From Acutalibacteraceae bacterium (GTDB lineage: Bacteria; Bacillota; Clostridia; Oscillospirales; Acutalibacteraceae): 64,000 nucleotides of DNA. Below the pieces are notes generated by a model, which saw only the letters and a program-made list of their open reading frames with translations, was not told the DNA's origin and did not search any database. Position numbers and translations under genes: made by a program. Location: NCBI GenBank assembly GCA_045542715.1, contig JAZQLN010000013.1:54363-118362 (forward strand), written 5' to 3'. How positions within the stretch are numbered: position 1 is the first letter of the stretch; every line of letters begins with the position of its first letter. Below are positions 28,509-36,792 of the stretch, one piece after another.

Positions 28509-28537
28509 TTGACTATTGTATCAAATTGTGATAAAGT
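28509..28537 (+). promoter_or_regulatory. Divergent sigmaA promoter for the SDR gene
   Basis: TTGACT-17bp-TAAAGT with TGn extension. Confidence 0.6.
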
Positions 28538-28567
28538 ATTCTTATAATGTAAATGGAAGTGACTTTA

Positions 28568-29503
28568 ATGCTTGATATTCTCGTAACGGGCGGAGCCGGC
28601 TATATAGGCTCAGTTCTTGTTCCTCTTCTTTTGTCCAAAGGTTGCAGAGTGACTGTTCTTGACAATCTTTTTTATAATCAGAATTCATTGCTTGAATGCT
28701 GTGCAAATCCGAATTTCAGAATGATTAACGCAGATGCAAGAAATGAAAACGCAGTCAGAGAAGCTATGAAGGGTAAAGATTATATTATACCTCTTGCAGC
28801 ACTCGCAGGCTTCCCTATCTGCGACAAAGAGGCTTGTTCCGCATATTCTATAAACCTTGACGCAATCAAAATGATTCTTCGTCTGCGTGATAAAGGACAA
28901 CGAATTATTTTCCCGTGCACAAACAGCGGTTACGGTCTCGGCGAAGGTGAAAAATTCTGCACCGAAAGCTCTCCGATCAGACCTATTTCAATCTACGGCA
29001 AAAGCAAGGTTGAAGCAGAAGCAGCCGTGCTCAGCGAAAGCGGTACAACTGCATTCAGATTTGCAACCCTTTTCGGTGCATCTCCCAGAATGAGAACGGA
29101 CCTTCTTGTCAACGATTTCGTTTACAGAGCTGTTTTTGACAGAACTCTTGTTGTATTTGAAGGCAGCTTCAAGAGAAACTATCTCCATGTAAGGGATGCC
29201 GCAAATGCGTTCTGGTTTGCAATTGAGAATTTTGAAAAAATGGAAGGCGGCACTCACAACTGCGGTCTTTCCGATTCAAACCTTTCAAAAATCGAGCTCT
29301 GCGAAAAAATCAAACTTATTCTGCCGAAGTTCACTTATATTGAAGCTCCCGTCGGAGAAGACCCTGACAAGAGAAACTATATCGTTTCCAACGAAAAGCT
29401 TGAATCACTCGGATGGAAGCCGTTTTATTCGCTTGATGACGGCATCAGAGAGTTAACAAACGCATACGAAATCATCAAAAACAATAAATATTCCAACATA
29501 TAA
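28568..29503 (+). CDS. Extended SDR, GDP-D-glycero-D-manno-heptose 4-dehydrogenase (Cj1427/WcaG-like)
   Basis: TGGAGYIGS, IIPLAAL, TNSGYG, YGKSK, SPRMR.DLLVNDF, RNY.HVRD, GEDPDKRNY.VSN. Colinear with C. jejuni Cj1427 as I recall it. Confidence 0.75.
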   Translation: MLDILVTGGAGYIGSVLVPLLLSKGCRVTVLDNLFYNQNSLLECCANPNFRMINADARNENAVREAMKGKDYIIPLAALAGFPICDKEACSAYSINLDAIKMILRLRDKGQRIIFPCTNSGYGLGEGEKFCTESSPIRPISIYGKSKVEAEAAVLSESGTTAFRFATLFGASPRMRTDLLVNDFVYRAVFDRTLVVFEGSFKRNYLHVRDAANAFWFAIENFEKMEGGTHNCGLSDSNLSKIELCEKIKLILPKFTYIEAPVGEDPDKRNYIVSNEKLESLGWKPFYSLDDGIRELTNAYEIIKNNKYSNI

Positions 29504-29505
29504 AA

Positions 29506-29534
29506 ATCGGGTGTACCTTGGGGGTACACCCGAT
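29506..29534. terminator. Bidirectional terminator between the SDR gene and the larger membrane protein gene
   Basis: ATCGGGTGTACC-ttggg-GGTACACCCGAT, perfect 12-bp stem. Confidence 0.85.
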
Positions 29535-29538
29535 AATT

Positions 29539-30774
29539 TTATACTGCCCAGCCTTGCTGGAAACATGATGCATATATAAGGAAATAAACCGCAAGCAGAA
29601 TTTCTTTGCCCTTGAAGAATGACTTGAGCTGTTCCGTTGTTTTTTCGAAAGCCGGGTCTTTTTTGAAGAACATAACAAAAGCAAAGATAAACTGATTAAG
29701 AACACCAGCCTGAGCAAGTCTGCTGTAGTCCGTTGAAATAAGCCAGCTGATGGGAATAAAAAGCAATCCGAGAATAAAGCAAAGGAACACGAATTTCTGA
29801 GGCTTTGTTTCCGAATTCTTTATACAAAGAACCCAAACAGGTACGAATCCTGCCAAAACAACAAGCAGAATCATGCAAAGCGATAAGAGACCGTCATAGT
29901 TAGTCTCGTGATATTCGCCTATCTGACCTGTTGTAATCATAAATACTGTTTTGATAACTTCAAACGGAGACATGTCTCTGACTTCGTGGCCGAGGTCAGC
30001 ATCAATCGAGTTGCCGTAGAAGAACATATCAAACGGGCGGATTTCATCATACTCGAATTTTATTCCGCTTTTTTGCTCCATAATCTTCCACATTTCATCA
30101 AATGTGACCTTCATAAAATCTCTTGATTCAAAAGCGAAGAAATATGTTGCACCGACTACCGCAACCGCCGTAATGAGGAATATAACAAAATTTGATTTGC
30201 TCTGCTTTTCTCTGACTGCGAAATAGAAACAAATTCCGATAACCGCAACAAAATAAGTGAGCGTAAACGGATAATAAACAAATACGCCGGCAAGGGCAAA
30301 CACGGGAGTAAACCAGCGGAGATATTTGTTTGTCGCACATACAACGGCAAGCAATGCACAGATAAACATATGAATATCAAGCAAACCGAAATATCTTGAA
30401 AATCCGTACATTGTCAATGTTCCGAAAACGAAGAAAAGAACAAAAACATAAAGAACATTTCTTTTTTCTTTTTCCGTGCATCTGATAATTCTGCCCAGAA
30501 GCAGCGATACCGCAAGCAACGTGAGCACAAGCACGGTAATCATAAATCCCTTCAGCCACGAAGCTGTCGGATTATCCGTTAAAAGATTGACGAACGAACC
30601 GACCAGCATTCTTGAATTGAAGCCCATGGAATAATCAAGAAGATAGTAGCTGTTGAAGTCGTTTTCCATGTTTATAATCATTCCGCGGTTAAAGAATGCC
30701 TGGATACCGAGAATAATAAAGATGCCAAGCTCATAGCCAAAGTATAATATTATTTTTGAAACCTTGGTTTTCAA
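29539..30774 (-). CDS. Polytopic membrane protein, possibly GT-C-like transferase
   Basis: Many TM segments; acidic residues in loops (ENDFNSYYLLDY..GF.SR, LLD, STDYSR); one large extracytoplasmic loop; TTG start. Confidence 0.7.
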   Translation of the reverse strand: MKTKVSKIILYFGYELGIFIILGIQAFFNRGMIINMENDFNSYYLLDYSMGFNSRMLVGSFVNLLTDNPTASWLKGFMITVLVLTLLAVSLLLGRIIRCTEKEKRNVLYVFVLFFVFGTLTMYGFSRYFGLLDIHMFICALLAVVCATNKYLRWFTPVFALAGVFVYYPFTLTYFVAVIGICFYFAVREKQSKSNFVIFLITAVAVVGATYFFAFESRDFMKVTFDEMWKIMEQKSGIKFEYDEIRPFDMFFYGNSIDADLGHEVRDMSPFEVIKTVFMITTGQIGEYHETNYDGLLSLCMILLVVLAGFVPVWVLCIKNSETKPQKFVFLCFILGLLFIPISWLISTDYSRLAQAGVLNQFIFAFVMFFKKDPAFEKTTEQLKSFFKGKEILLAVYFLIYASCFQQGWAV

Positions 30775-30798
30775 GCTTTCACCTGCTTTCTGATTAGA

Positions 30799-31593
30799 TT
30801 AGATAAGAACCTTTGAAAGGAACTCCTTGAGTCTTGCATTCTGGGGATTTGCGAAGAAATCCTGAGGATTGTTTTCTTCCGTAATAACGCCCTCATCCAT
30901 GAACACAACTCTTGAGCCTACTTCCTTAGCAAAGCCCATTTCATGGGTAACAACAACCATCGTCATGCCCGACTGTGCAAGCTCTTTCATGAGTTCAAGA
31001 ACTTCGCCGACCATTTCAGGGTCAAGAGCCGATGTGGGTTCGTCAAAAAGAATAACGTCGGGATTCATTGCAAGCGAACGGATGATTGCAACTCTCTGCT
31101 TCTGTCCGCCCGAAAGAGTTGAGGGATAAGCATTCGCTTTATCCTCGAGACCGATTCTTGCGAGAAGCTTGCGTGCGTTTTCCTCAGCTTCCTTTTTGAT
31201 TTCCGAAATGCTTCTGACAGGCTGCTTGTTCTTTGAAAAAAGATTTTTCATAACAGCTTTTCTTCTGTCCTGCTTTGCACAGAGCACGGGAGAAAGCATT
31301 ATATTTTCGATAACGGTTTTGTTGTTGAAAAGGTTGAAGTGCTGGAATACCATTCCCATTCTGCGTCTGTGGATATTGATGTCAACCTTGGGGTCGGCAA
31401 TATCAACACCGTTAAAAACTATGCTGCCCGATGTTGGATCTTCCATACAGTTGAGACAGCGGAGGAATGTTGATTTTCCGGAGCCGGAAGGACCGATAAC
31501 AACAACAACGTCACCCTTATTGATTTTGATATCAATACCTTTAAGAACTTCGTTTTTGCCGAAACTCTTTTTGAGATTAGTTACGTCTATCAC
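30799..31593 (-). CDS. Polar amino acid ABC transporter ATP-binding protein (GlnQ-like) with helical-domain insertion
   Basis: [42 protein letters not shown]. Confidence 0.93.
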   Translation of the reverse strand: MIDVTNLKKSFGKNEVLKGIDIKINKGDVVVVIGPSGSGKSTFLRCLNCMEDPTSGSIVFNGVDIADPKVDINIHRRRMGMVFQHFNLFNNKTVIENIMLSPVLCAKQDRRKAVMKNLFSKNKQPVRSISEIKKEAEENARKLLARIGLEDKANAYPSTLSGGQKQRVAIIRSLAMNPDVILFDEPTSALDPEMVGEVLELMKELAQSGMTMVVVTHEMGFAKEVGSRVVFMDEGVITEENNPQDFFANPQNARLKEFLSKVLI

Positions 31594-32284
31594 TCTTCTT
31601 CAAGCTCCTTTCCATAAATTTGATAAGCACCGTAATCAGACAAACGATTATAATATAGATAACCGCCATTGCAAGATAAGGCACCATAAATTCATAGCTG
31701 TTTGAACCGATATAGTTGAAGGCAACATAAAGGTCCGCAGCACCGATGAACGAAACGATTGATGTTTCTTTTATAAGCACGATAAATTCGTTACCGAGAG
31801 TAGGAAGAATGTTCTTGACCGCCTGAGGAATAACGATTTTCATCATTGTTGTTGAAAAACTCAGACCGACGGAGCGTCCGCCTTCCATCTGACCGTAATC
31901 AACGGACTGTATACCGCTTCGCATTATTTCGGATATGTAAGCTCCGCTGTTGAGTCCGAAAACGGCAATGGCAACGCTGACCGAAGGCAGGTTGATTCCC
32001 ATAAGCGGAAGGGCAACATAATAGAACAAAAGCAGCTGAACAACCATGGGTGTTCCTCTGAAAAAGCCTACATAGAAAGTGCATATTGAGTTGAGAACTC
32101 TGGGAAGAAGCTTGTACTTGGGTATAACTCTTATTGTTGCAATGAGAGTACCGATAACTATACCTATAATCAGACCGAGAATTGCGATTTTCAATGTGTT
32201 TTCGAGACCTTCGATTACTTTGACATAGCCTTTGTAATCAATAAGAATCTCCATAAATTTATTAAATTTTGCTTCAAAATTCAT
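31577..32284 (-). CDS. Polar amino acid ABC transporter permease
   Basis: [39 protein letters not shown]. Confidence 0.93.
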   Translation of the reverse strand: MNFEAKFNKFMEILIDYKGYVKVIEGLENTLKIAILGLIIGIVIGTLIATIRVIPKYKLLPRVLNSICTFYVGFFRGTPMVVQLLLFYYVALPLMGINLPSVSVAIAVFGLNSGAYISEIMRSGIQSVDYGQMEGGRSVGLSFSTTMMKIVIPQAVKNILPTLGNEFIVLIKETSIVSFIGAADLYVAFNYIGSNSYEFMVPYLAMAVIYIIIVCLITVLIKFMERSLKKSDRRN

Positions 32285-32306
32285 AGCAATTATCCCTTTT
32301 GACAGA

Positions 32307-32333
32307 GTAACCTCACCTTTTCGGTGAGGTTAC
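32307..32333 (-). promoter_or_regulatory. Intercistronic hairpin between SBP and permease genes (mRNA stabiliser or partial terminator)
   Basis: GTAACCTCACC-5nt-GGTGAGGTTAC, perfect 11-bp stem. Confidence 0.6.
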
Positions 32334-32354
32334 AGTCTTATTGATTTTTAAAAA

Positions 32355-33221
32355 TTACTGAACAGCGTTGATAGCTTCTGTGATGCAGGCGGCGGGAGCT
32401 GAGTCGATGATAACATAGTTTACACCGCCGTTGATGAGGTCCTGAACTGCAAGTGAGCCGTTCTTATAACCTACGCATGTAGCTTCGAAACCTGTGAAGC
32501 CCCAGTCTTCGTCACCTTCAACATAGAACTGACCTGTTGTACCGTTCTGAACACCGATTTTTGTTGATGCATCGAATGTGCCGAGAACAGCTTCGATTGC
32601 GGGAGCATCTGCACAAGTGTCAAAAGTATTGTCGTCACCCTTAACGATGAGCTTCTGTGATGCTTCGTAATATGAATCTGTGAAGTTTACATATTCTTCT
32701 CTGTCGGGCTTGATTGTGAGACCTGCCATTGCAATGTCGCACTTCTGCTGACCTACTGAAAGACAAACTGAATCAAAGTCCATGTTGCTGATAACAAGTT
32801 CCTTGCCGAGTTTTTCTGCAAGAAGAGCAGCGATTTCCATATCGATACCGTAGTAGTCTTCGCCTACTGTGTATTCAAAGGGTTCGAATGCAGCGTTTGT
32901 TGCAACAACAAGCTGATCCTTTGATGTATCAAGAGCTGCTGACTTAACGGGAGTGGGAGTGCCGTCACCGAAATACTTGTTGCAGATTTCGTCGAATGTG
33001 CCGTCTGCTTTGATTTCTGCGATGAATGCATTTACTTCTGCAAGAAGTTCAGGCTGAGTTTTGTCAACACCGAATGCATATTCTTCTTCTGTAAGATCAA
33101 TGTCGATAACCTTTACTGCTGCTGTTTTTTCAACATCTTCCTTGCCGCCGCAAGCGAAAAGAAGAGTTGCCGAAAGAGCGATAACCATAACTACCGCAAG
33201 AATTTTAACGAGTTTTTTCAT
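32355..33221 (-). CDS. Polar amino acid ABC substrate-binding lipoprotein (SBP_bac_3), circularly permuted
   Basis: Lipobox LFAC; ATNAAFEPFEY, GIDMEIA, AGLTI..DR, FTDSYY. The canonical C-terminal segment lies at the N-terminus. Confidence 0.85.
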   Translation of the reverse strand: MKKLVKILAVVMVIALSATLLFACGGKEDVEKTAAVKVIDIDLTEEEYAFGVDKTQPELLAEVNAFIAEIKADGTFDEICNKYFGDGTPTPVKSAALDTSKDQLVVATNAAFEPFEYTVGEDYYGIDMEIAALLAEKLGKELVISNMDFDSVCLSVGQQKCDIAMAGLTIKPDREEYVNFTDSYYEASQKLIVKGDDNTFDTCADAPAIEAVLGTFDASTKIGVQNGTTGQFYVEGDEDWGFTGFEATCVGYKNGSLAVQDLINGGVNYVIIDSAPAACITEAINAVQ

Positions 33222-33321
33222 TTGGAAATACCTCCATATTTTTATATACAATTACTATATCATAACATTTATAAAAAGTAAAGCAATTTTGTATTTTTAT
33301 AATGAAATTTCTGAAATCAAT

Positions 33322-34188
33322 TTAATAATTATTCATTGCCGATTTGAAATCATCGGGAAAATCTGCTTCGAACTCCATTTTTTCACCTGTTACGGGATGC
33401 TCAAACCAACATTTTCCGCAGTGAAGAAGCTGATGACCGATTTCGGGCATGAAATCGCCGTACATCGTATCCCCTGCAAGAACATGACCTTCAAATGCCA
33501 TATGAACCCTTATCTGATGAGTTCTTCCCGTTTCAAGACGAAGAGAAACAAGGGTTGCACCGTCAAAATTCCTTTCAACTGTCCAGTTGGTCACTGCAGG
33601 CTCAACTCCGAGTTCATACGAACACGCACGCAGAGTTTTCATCGGGTCGGGTCGGTAAATGGGTACATCGATTCTGCCCGTGCCGTGAAGCTCACCTCTG
33701 ACAAGCGCCTTGTATTCTTTTTGTATATTTCCTGCAAGTTTGCAGGCTGAAAGAGGATTGAGTGCGCACACAACAAGTCCCGAAGTACCTTTATCAAGCC
33801 TTCCGACGGCTCTGAAGGCGGACTGTTTTCCTTTTTTGGACAGATACGCCGTTACCGCATTGGCAAGGGTGTCGCCCTGATGGTTATGAGTCGGATGCAT
33901 CGCCATAAACGGAGATTTGTTTATAACAAGTATATCGTCATCTTCATATACAATATCAATTTCAGCTTCGGTTATTTCAGGCACCGCATCGTCATCGGGA
34001 ATAGATACGCCGATGATATCGCCGGGTTTGATACGGTCAATTGTGCGTGACTGATTTCCGTTGAGAGTAAGCGCATATTTGACCTTACGCATGAGTCTTG
34101 AAGAAAATCCGCAGTAACCTCTGAGGAAATGTATGACTTTTCTTCCGTCGTATTCCTCAGGCACGGTATAACTTATGTTTCTCGGCAT
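33322..34188 (-). CDS. RluA family pseudouridine synthase
   Basis: IVYEDD, INKSP, GRLDKGTSG, LETGRTHQIRVH, GDTMYG. Confidence 0.93.
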   Translation of the reverse strand: MPRNISYTVPEEYDGRKVIHFLRGYCGFSSRLMRKVKYALTLNGNQSRTIDRIKPGDIIGVSIPDDDAVPEITEAEIDIVYEDDDILVINKSPFMAMHPTHNHQGDTLANAVTAYLSKKGKQSAFRAVGRLDKGTSGLVVCALNPLSACKLAGNIQKEYKALVRGELHGTGRIDVPIYRPDPMKTLRACSYELGVEPAVTNWTVERNFDGATLVSLRLETGRTHQIRVHMAFEGHVLAGDTMYGDFMPEIGHQLLHCGKCWFEHPVTGEKMEFEADFPDDFKSAMNNY

Positions 34189-34377
34189 AATATCCCCCTT
34201 CCTTTACGGTATAATAGCATATTTCTGCGTTTTTGTATACGGGAACAATCAAAAATTACAAAAAACACATCAAAAGTTACATATTGCACAAAACTGCAAA
34301 ATATGTTATATAATAAAATTGTCAACAGGGAAACAAAACCCGACAAAAATTATTGAATATAAGAGGAGGAAAACAAC

Positions 34378-35637
34378 ATGAAAAAACGCATCACTCTCAT
34401 CATTGCACTTGCATTTGCAGTGGCACTTGCAATCTGCGGATCAACCGCTGCTTTTGCAGCAGAGGACACCAACACACTCTATTGGTATTTCGGCGATGAG
34501 TCCTGGAAATATGAAGTTCTCGGCGAAACAAAAACAGGCAAAACCGTTATTCCTGCAGAAACGGAAGAATTCGAGCTTGCTTATGAAATTGACATCCCCG
34601 AATCAGGCTATTATCTTCTGACCTGGAGCAACAATGATTTCAGTTGGCTCGGCTTTCCCGAAGAAATTGAAGACGGCGTTGCATACAACACAGGCGATTT
34701 CAAACATCTCAGCGATAAAGGTAACACCGAACTTCTTTACCGCCTTGAAAAAGGCAAAACATATGTAGGCATCGACCATTATTACAGCGATGAAGAAACT
34801 TCCTTCGAAATCGAATTCATGGGTTCGGAAATCAAGGACCTCACCTTCGGCGAGAATGCATTCAATGATTATCTCATGCAGGCGGACATTTACTATTCCT
34901 TCGAAGACGATTACGATTATTATACATACGAAAACGTAACCGTTACTTTCAACTCGGGAATAACAATCAAAGCAAAAGACTGTGAACTTTTCTACAACGC
35001 AAAGAATGATGAACTCATTACAGGCAAGAACGAAATCACCGTAGATTTTCTCGGCTTCAAAAAGAACGCCGAGCTCACAATCTGCGAAGCGGCAGACCTT
35101 GTTTCAAAAATCGAAATGACCAACGTTGAAGATTACTACATGGTTGTTGATTGGTATGACGGTTATGCTGTTCCCGAAATCGGCGAAGAAGAAATCACGA
35201 TTTACTTCACCGACGGTTCGAAAAAAACAGTCGATTTTGATTACGGATATGCATATGTCAAGTTCCCCAACGGCAGAAAATATGAAGTTTACGCAAGCTA
35301 CGAAGTTGTCCGCAGCAATCAGGTAAATCTCGTTTTCTTTGCAGCATACGAAGAAATCAATTCATATGAATGCGGAATTGAAACCACCGATTTCATTGAA
35401 AACTTCATGCTTCTCAACGAAAACAAGGTTTCAATCATCAACAACACAACAGCACGCATCAGATACGAATATGCAGATTACATCCGTTATTCGGATACCG
35501 CATATGAATTCCTTTACAACTTCCCCATCATGGTTGAAAGCTGCTATGAATACAGCTCATGGGGACTTTATGACCTTGTCGGAAACGATATCGGCTTTAT
35601 GTATCACGCACTTACCGGTGAACAGTATTACTGGTAA
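34378..35637 (+). CDS. Secreted acidic Tyr-rich hypothetical protein, possibly with Ig-like repeats
   Basis: SPI signal (AAFA/AE); two segments ending VTVTFNSG and ITIYFTDG. Confidence 0.7.
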   Translation: MKKRITLIIALAFAVALAICGSTAAFAAEDTNTLYWYFGDESWKYEVLGETKTGKTVIPAETEEFELAYEIDIPESGYYLLTWSNNDFSWLGFPEEIEDGVAYNTGDFKHLSDKGNTELLYRLEKGKTYVGIDHYYSDEETSFEIEFMGSEIKDLTFGENAFNDYLMQADIYYSFEDDYDYYTYENVTVTFNSGITIKAKDCELFYNAKNDELITGKNEITVDFLGFKKNAELTICEAADLVSKIEMTNVEDYYMVVDWYDGYAVPEIGEEEITIYFTDGSKKTVDFDYGYAYVKFPNGRKYEVYASYEVVRSNQVNLVFFAAYEEINSYECGIETTDFIENFMLLNENKVSIINNTTARIRYEYADYIRYSDTAYEFLYNFPIMVESCYEYSSWGLYDLVGNDIGFMYHALTGEQYYW

Positions 35638-35721
35638 TCAATAAACAGGTTGAAAAAAATTGATTTTTATGTTAAGGTGTATGGTGTAAATCATACACCT
35701 TTTCTTTTAGGAGAGATAACA

Positions 35722-36615
35722 ATGAAAAAAATTGTTTCCTTGCTGCTTACGGCATCATTGATTTTTCTTTGCTCGTGCTCGGACACAAACGACGATATCA
35801 CCGATAATACATCATCTGCCGAAGTAACGGAATCAACAACACATCCCGATGCGTTTTCCGAATGGGGAACAGATCTCCTGCCCGAAAACTTTCCCGCACC
35901 TCCCGAAGGTGCTCACAGTCTTTCAATCGAAACAGGCAAAGCTTCAACGGAGGGTCAGGGTTATCGCTCGGATTGGGTAAGTCTTAATTTCACCTGCCTT
36001 GAGAAATATTATCTTGACTTTGCCGCAGAGTTTTTCAAAGCGGGTTACAACGGCAGAACAAAGTATCTTTCAACAACGGGATATTTTCCGGAGGGATACA
36101 ACGGAAGCTGGCAGGACGGCAAAACTCTTGTAAGGCTGAGCAAAGCAGTCCTCAACAATGACGGTGAGTTTGAATTCCGGCTTGATGTTATGAAGTGCGT
36201 TGATAATTTCCCCTCTGCTCTTGAGGAATATTTCCCCAAATTCAACGGATACTCAAGAAATGCAGGCAAATACCTCGGCTACAACGGGATAGATTCCGTT
36301 GTTACCGAAAAATTCATCGGTTTCGACCAGAGTGAGCATTGGTATTGGGATTTCGGTTTTGAAAACGCCTTTGTCGGAGTTACTGCCGAAGAGTTTGAGA
36401 ATTATATTGATCTGCTTATTGACGAAGGCTTTTCGGGCAGGGTTTCCGACACAACTGCCGACGACTGCACCGTAACCTCCGCAGACCTTTTCAAAGAAAT
36501 CAGCTCCGATGAAGTTTACGGTTGTTTTATGCTTTATAACCGCAGTCTGCAGACACTCGATATCGTATACACAAACCATGTTGAAAGATATGTCGGAGAA
36601 CTGGTAAGAAGCTAA
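35722..36615 (+). CDS. Hypothetical lipoprotein
   Basis: MKKIVSLLLTASLIFLCSC lipobox after RBS AGGAG; Ser/Thr-rich linker. Confidence 0.75.
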   Translation: MKKIVSLLLTASLIFLCSCSDTNDDITDNTSSAEVTESTTHPDAFSEWGTDLLPENFPAPPEGAHSLSIETGKASTEGQGYRSDWVSLNFTCLEKYYLDFAAEFFKAGYNGRTKYLSTTGYFPEGYNGSWQDGKTLVRLSKAVLNNDGEFEFRLDVMKCVDNFPSALEEYFPKFNGYSRNAGKYLGYNGIDSVVTEKFIGFDQSEHWYWDFGFENAFVGVTAEEFENYIDLLIDEGFSGRVSDTTADDCTVTSADLFKEISSDEVYGCFMLYNRSLQTLDIVYTNHVERYVGELVRS

Positions 36616-36622
36616 AAAAATC

Positions 36623-36784
36623 AGGGCTGTTTCAATAAGATGAAGAAACGGCTAAAAAGAAACATAAAACCGACGGCTTAATTCTAAAATACAATAAAAA
36701 GCGACTTGCGAAGGTGTAAACTCCGATGCAAGTCGCTCTTTATTTATTCTGTTTCTTTTGTTCTTCGCTTAGTGAGACAGTCCC
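36623..36784. mobile_element. ~160-bp palindromic MITE/REP-like element
   Basis: Ends AGGGCTGTTTCAATAAG and (rc) GGGACTGTCTCACTAAG match 13/17. Inner IR GCGACTTGC..GCAAGTCGC. Non-coding, between convergent genes. Confidence 0.6.
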
Positions 36785-36792
36785 TTTGGTTT

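Noticed and set aside
19948-29538. RiPP precursor peptide as substrate of the three B12-rSAMs
   Set aside because: Intergenic gaps in the cluster are short (about 130 bp or less) and filled by promoters or terminators. There is no small ORF with an RBS, no RRE, and no peptidase/transporter. A distant precursor cannot be excluded.
18970-30774. Calling the rSAM/heptose locus a recently acquired genomic island
   Set aside because: No integrase, transposase, tRNA or flanking direct repeats were seen. I could not compute GC or codon deviation, so island status is untested.
33222-33321. T-box or amino-acid riboswitch upstream of the ABC transporter
   Set aside because: The leader is about 100 bp, AT-rich, and lacks T-box or terminator/antiterminator elements.
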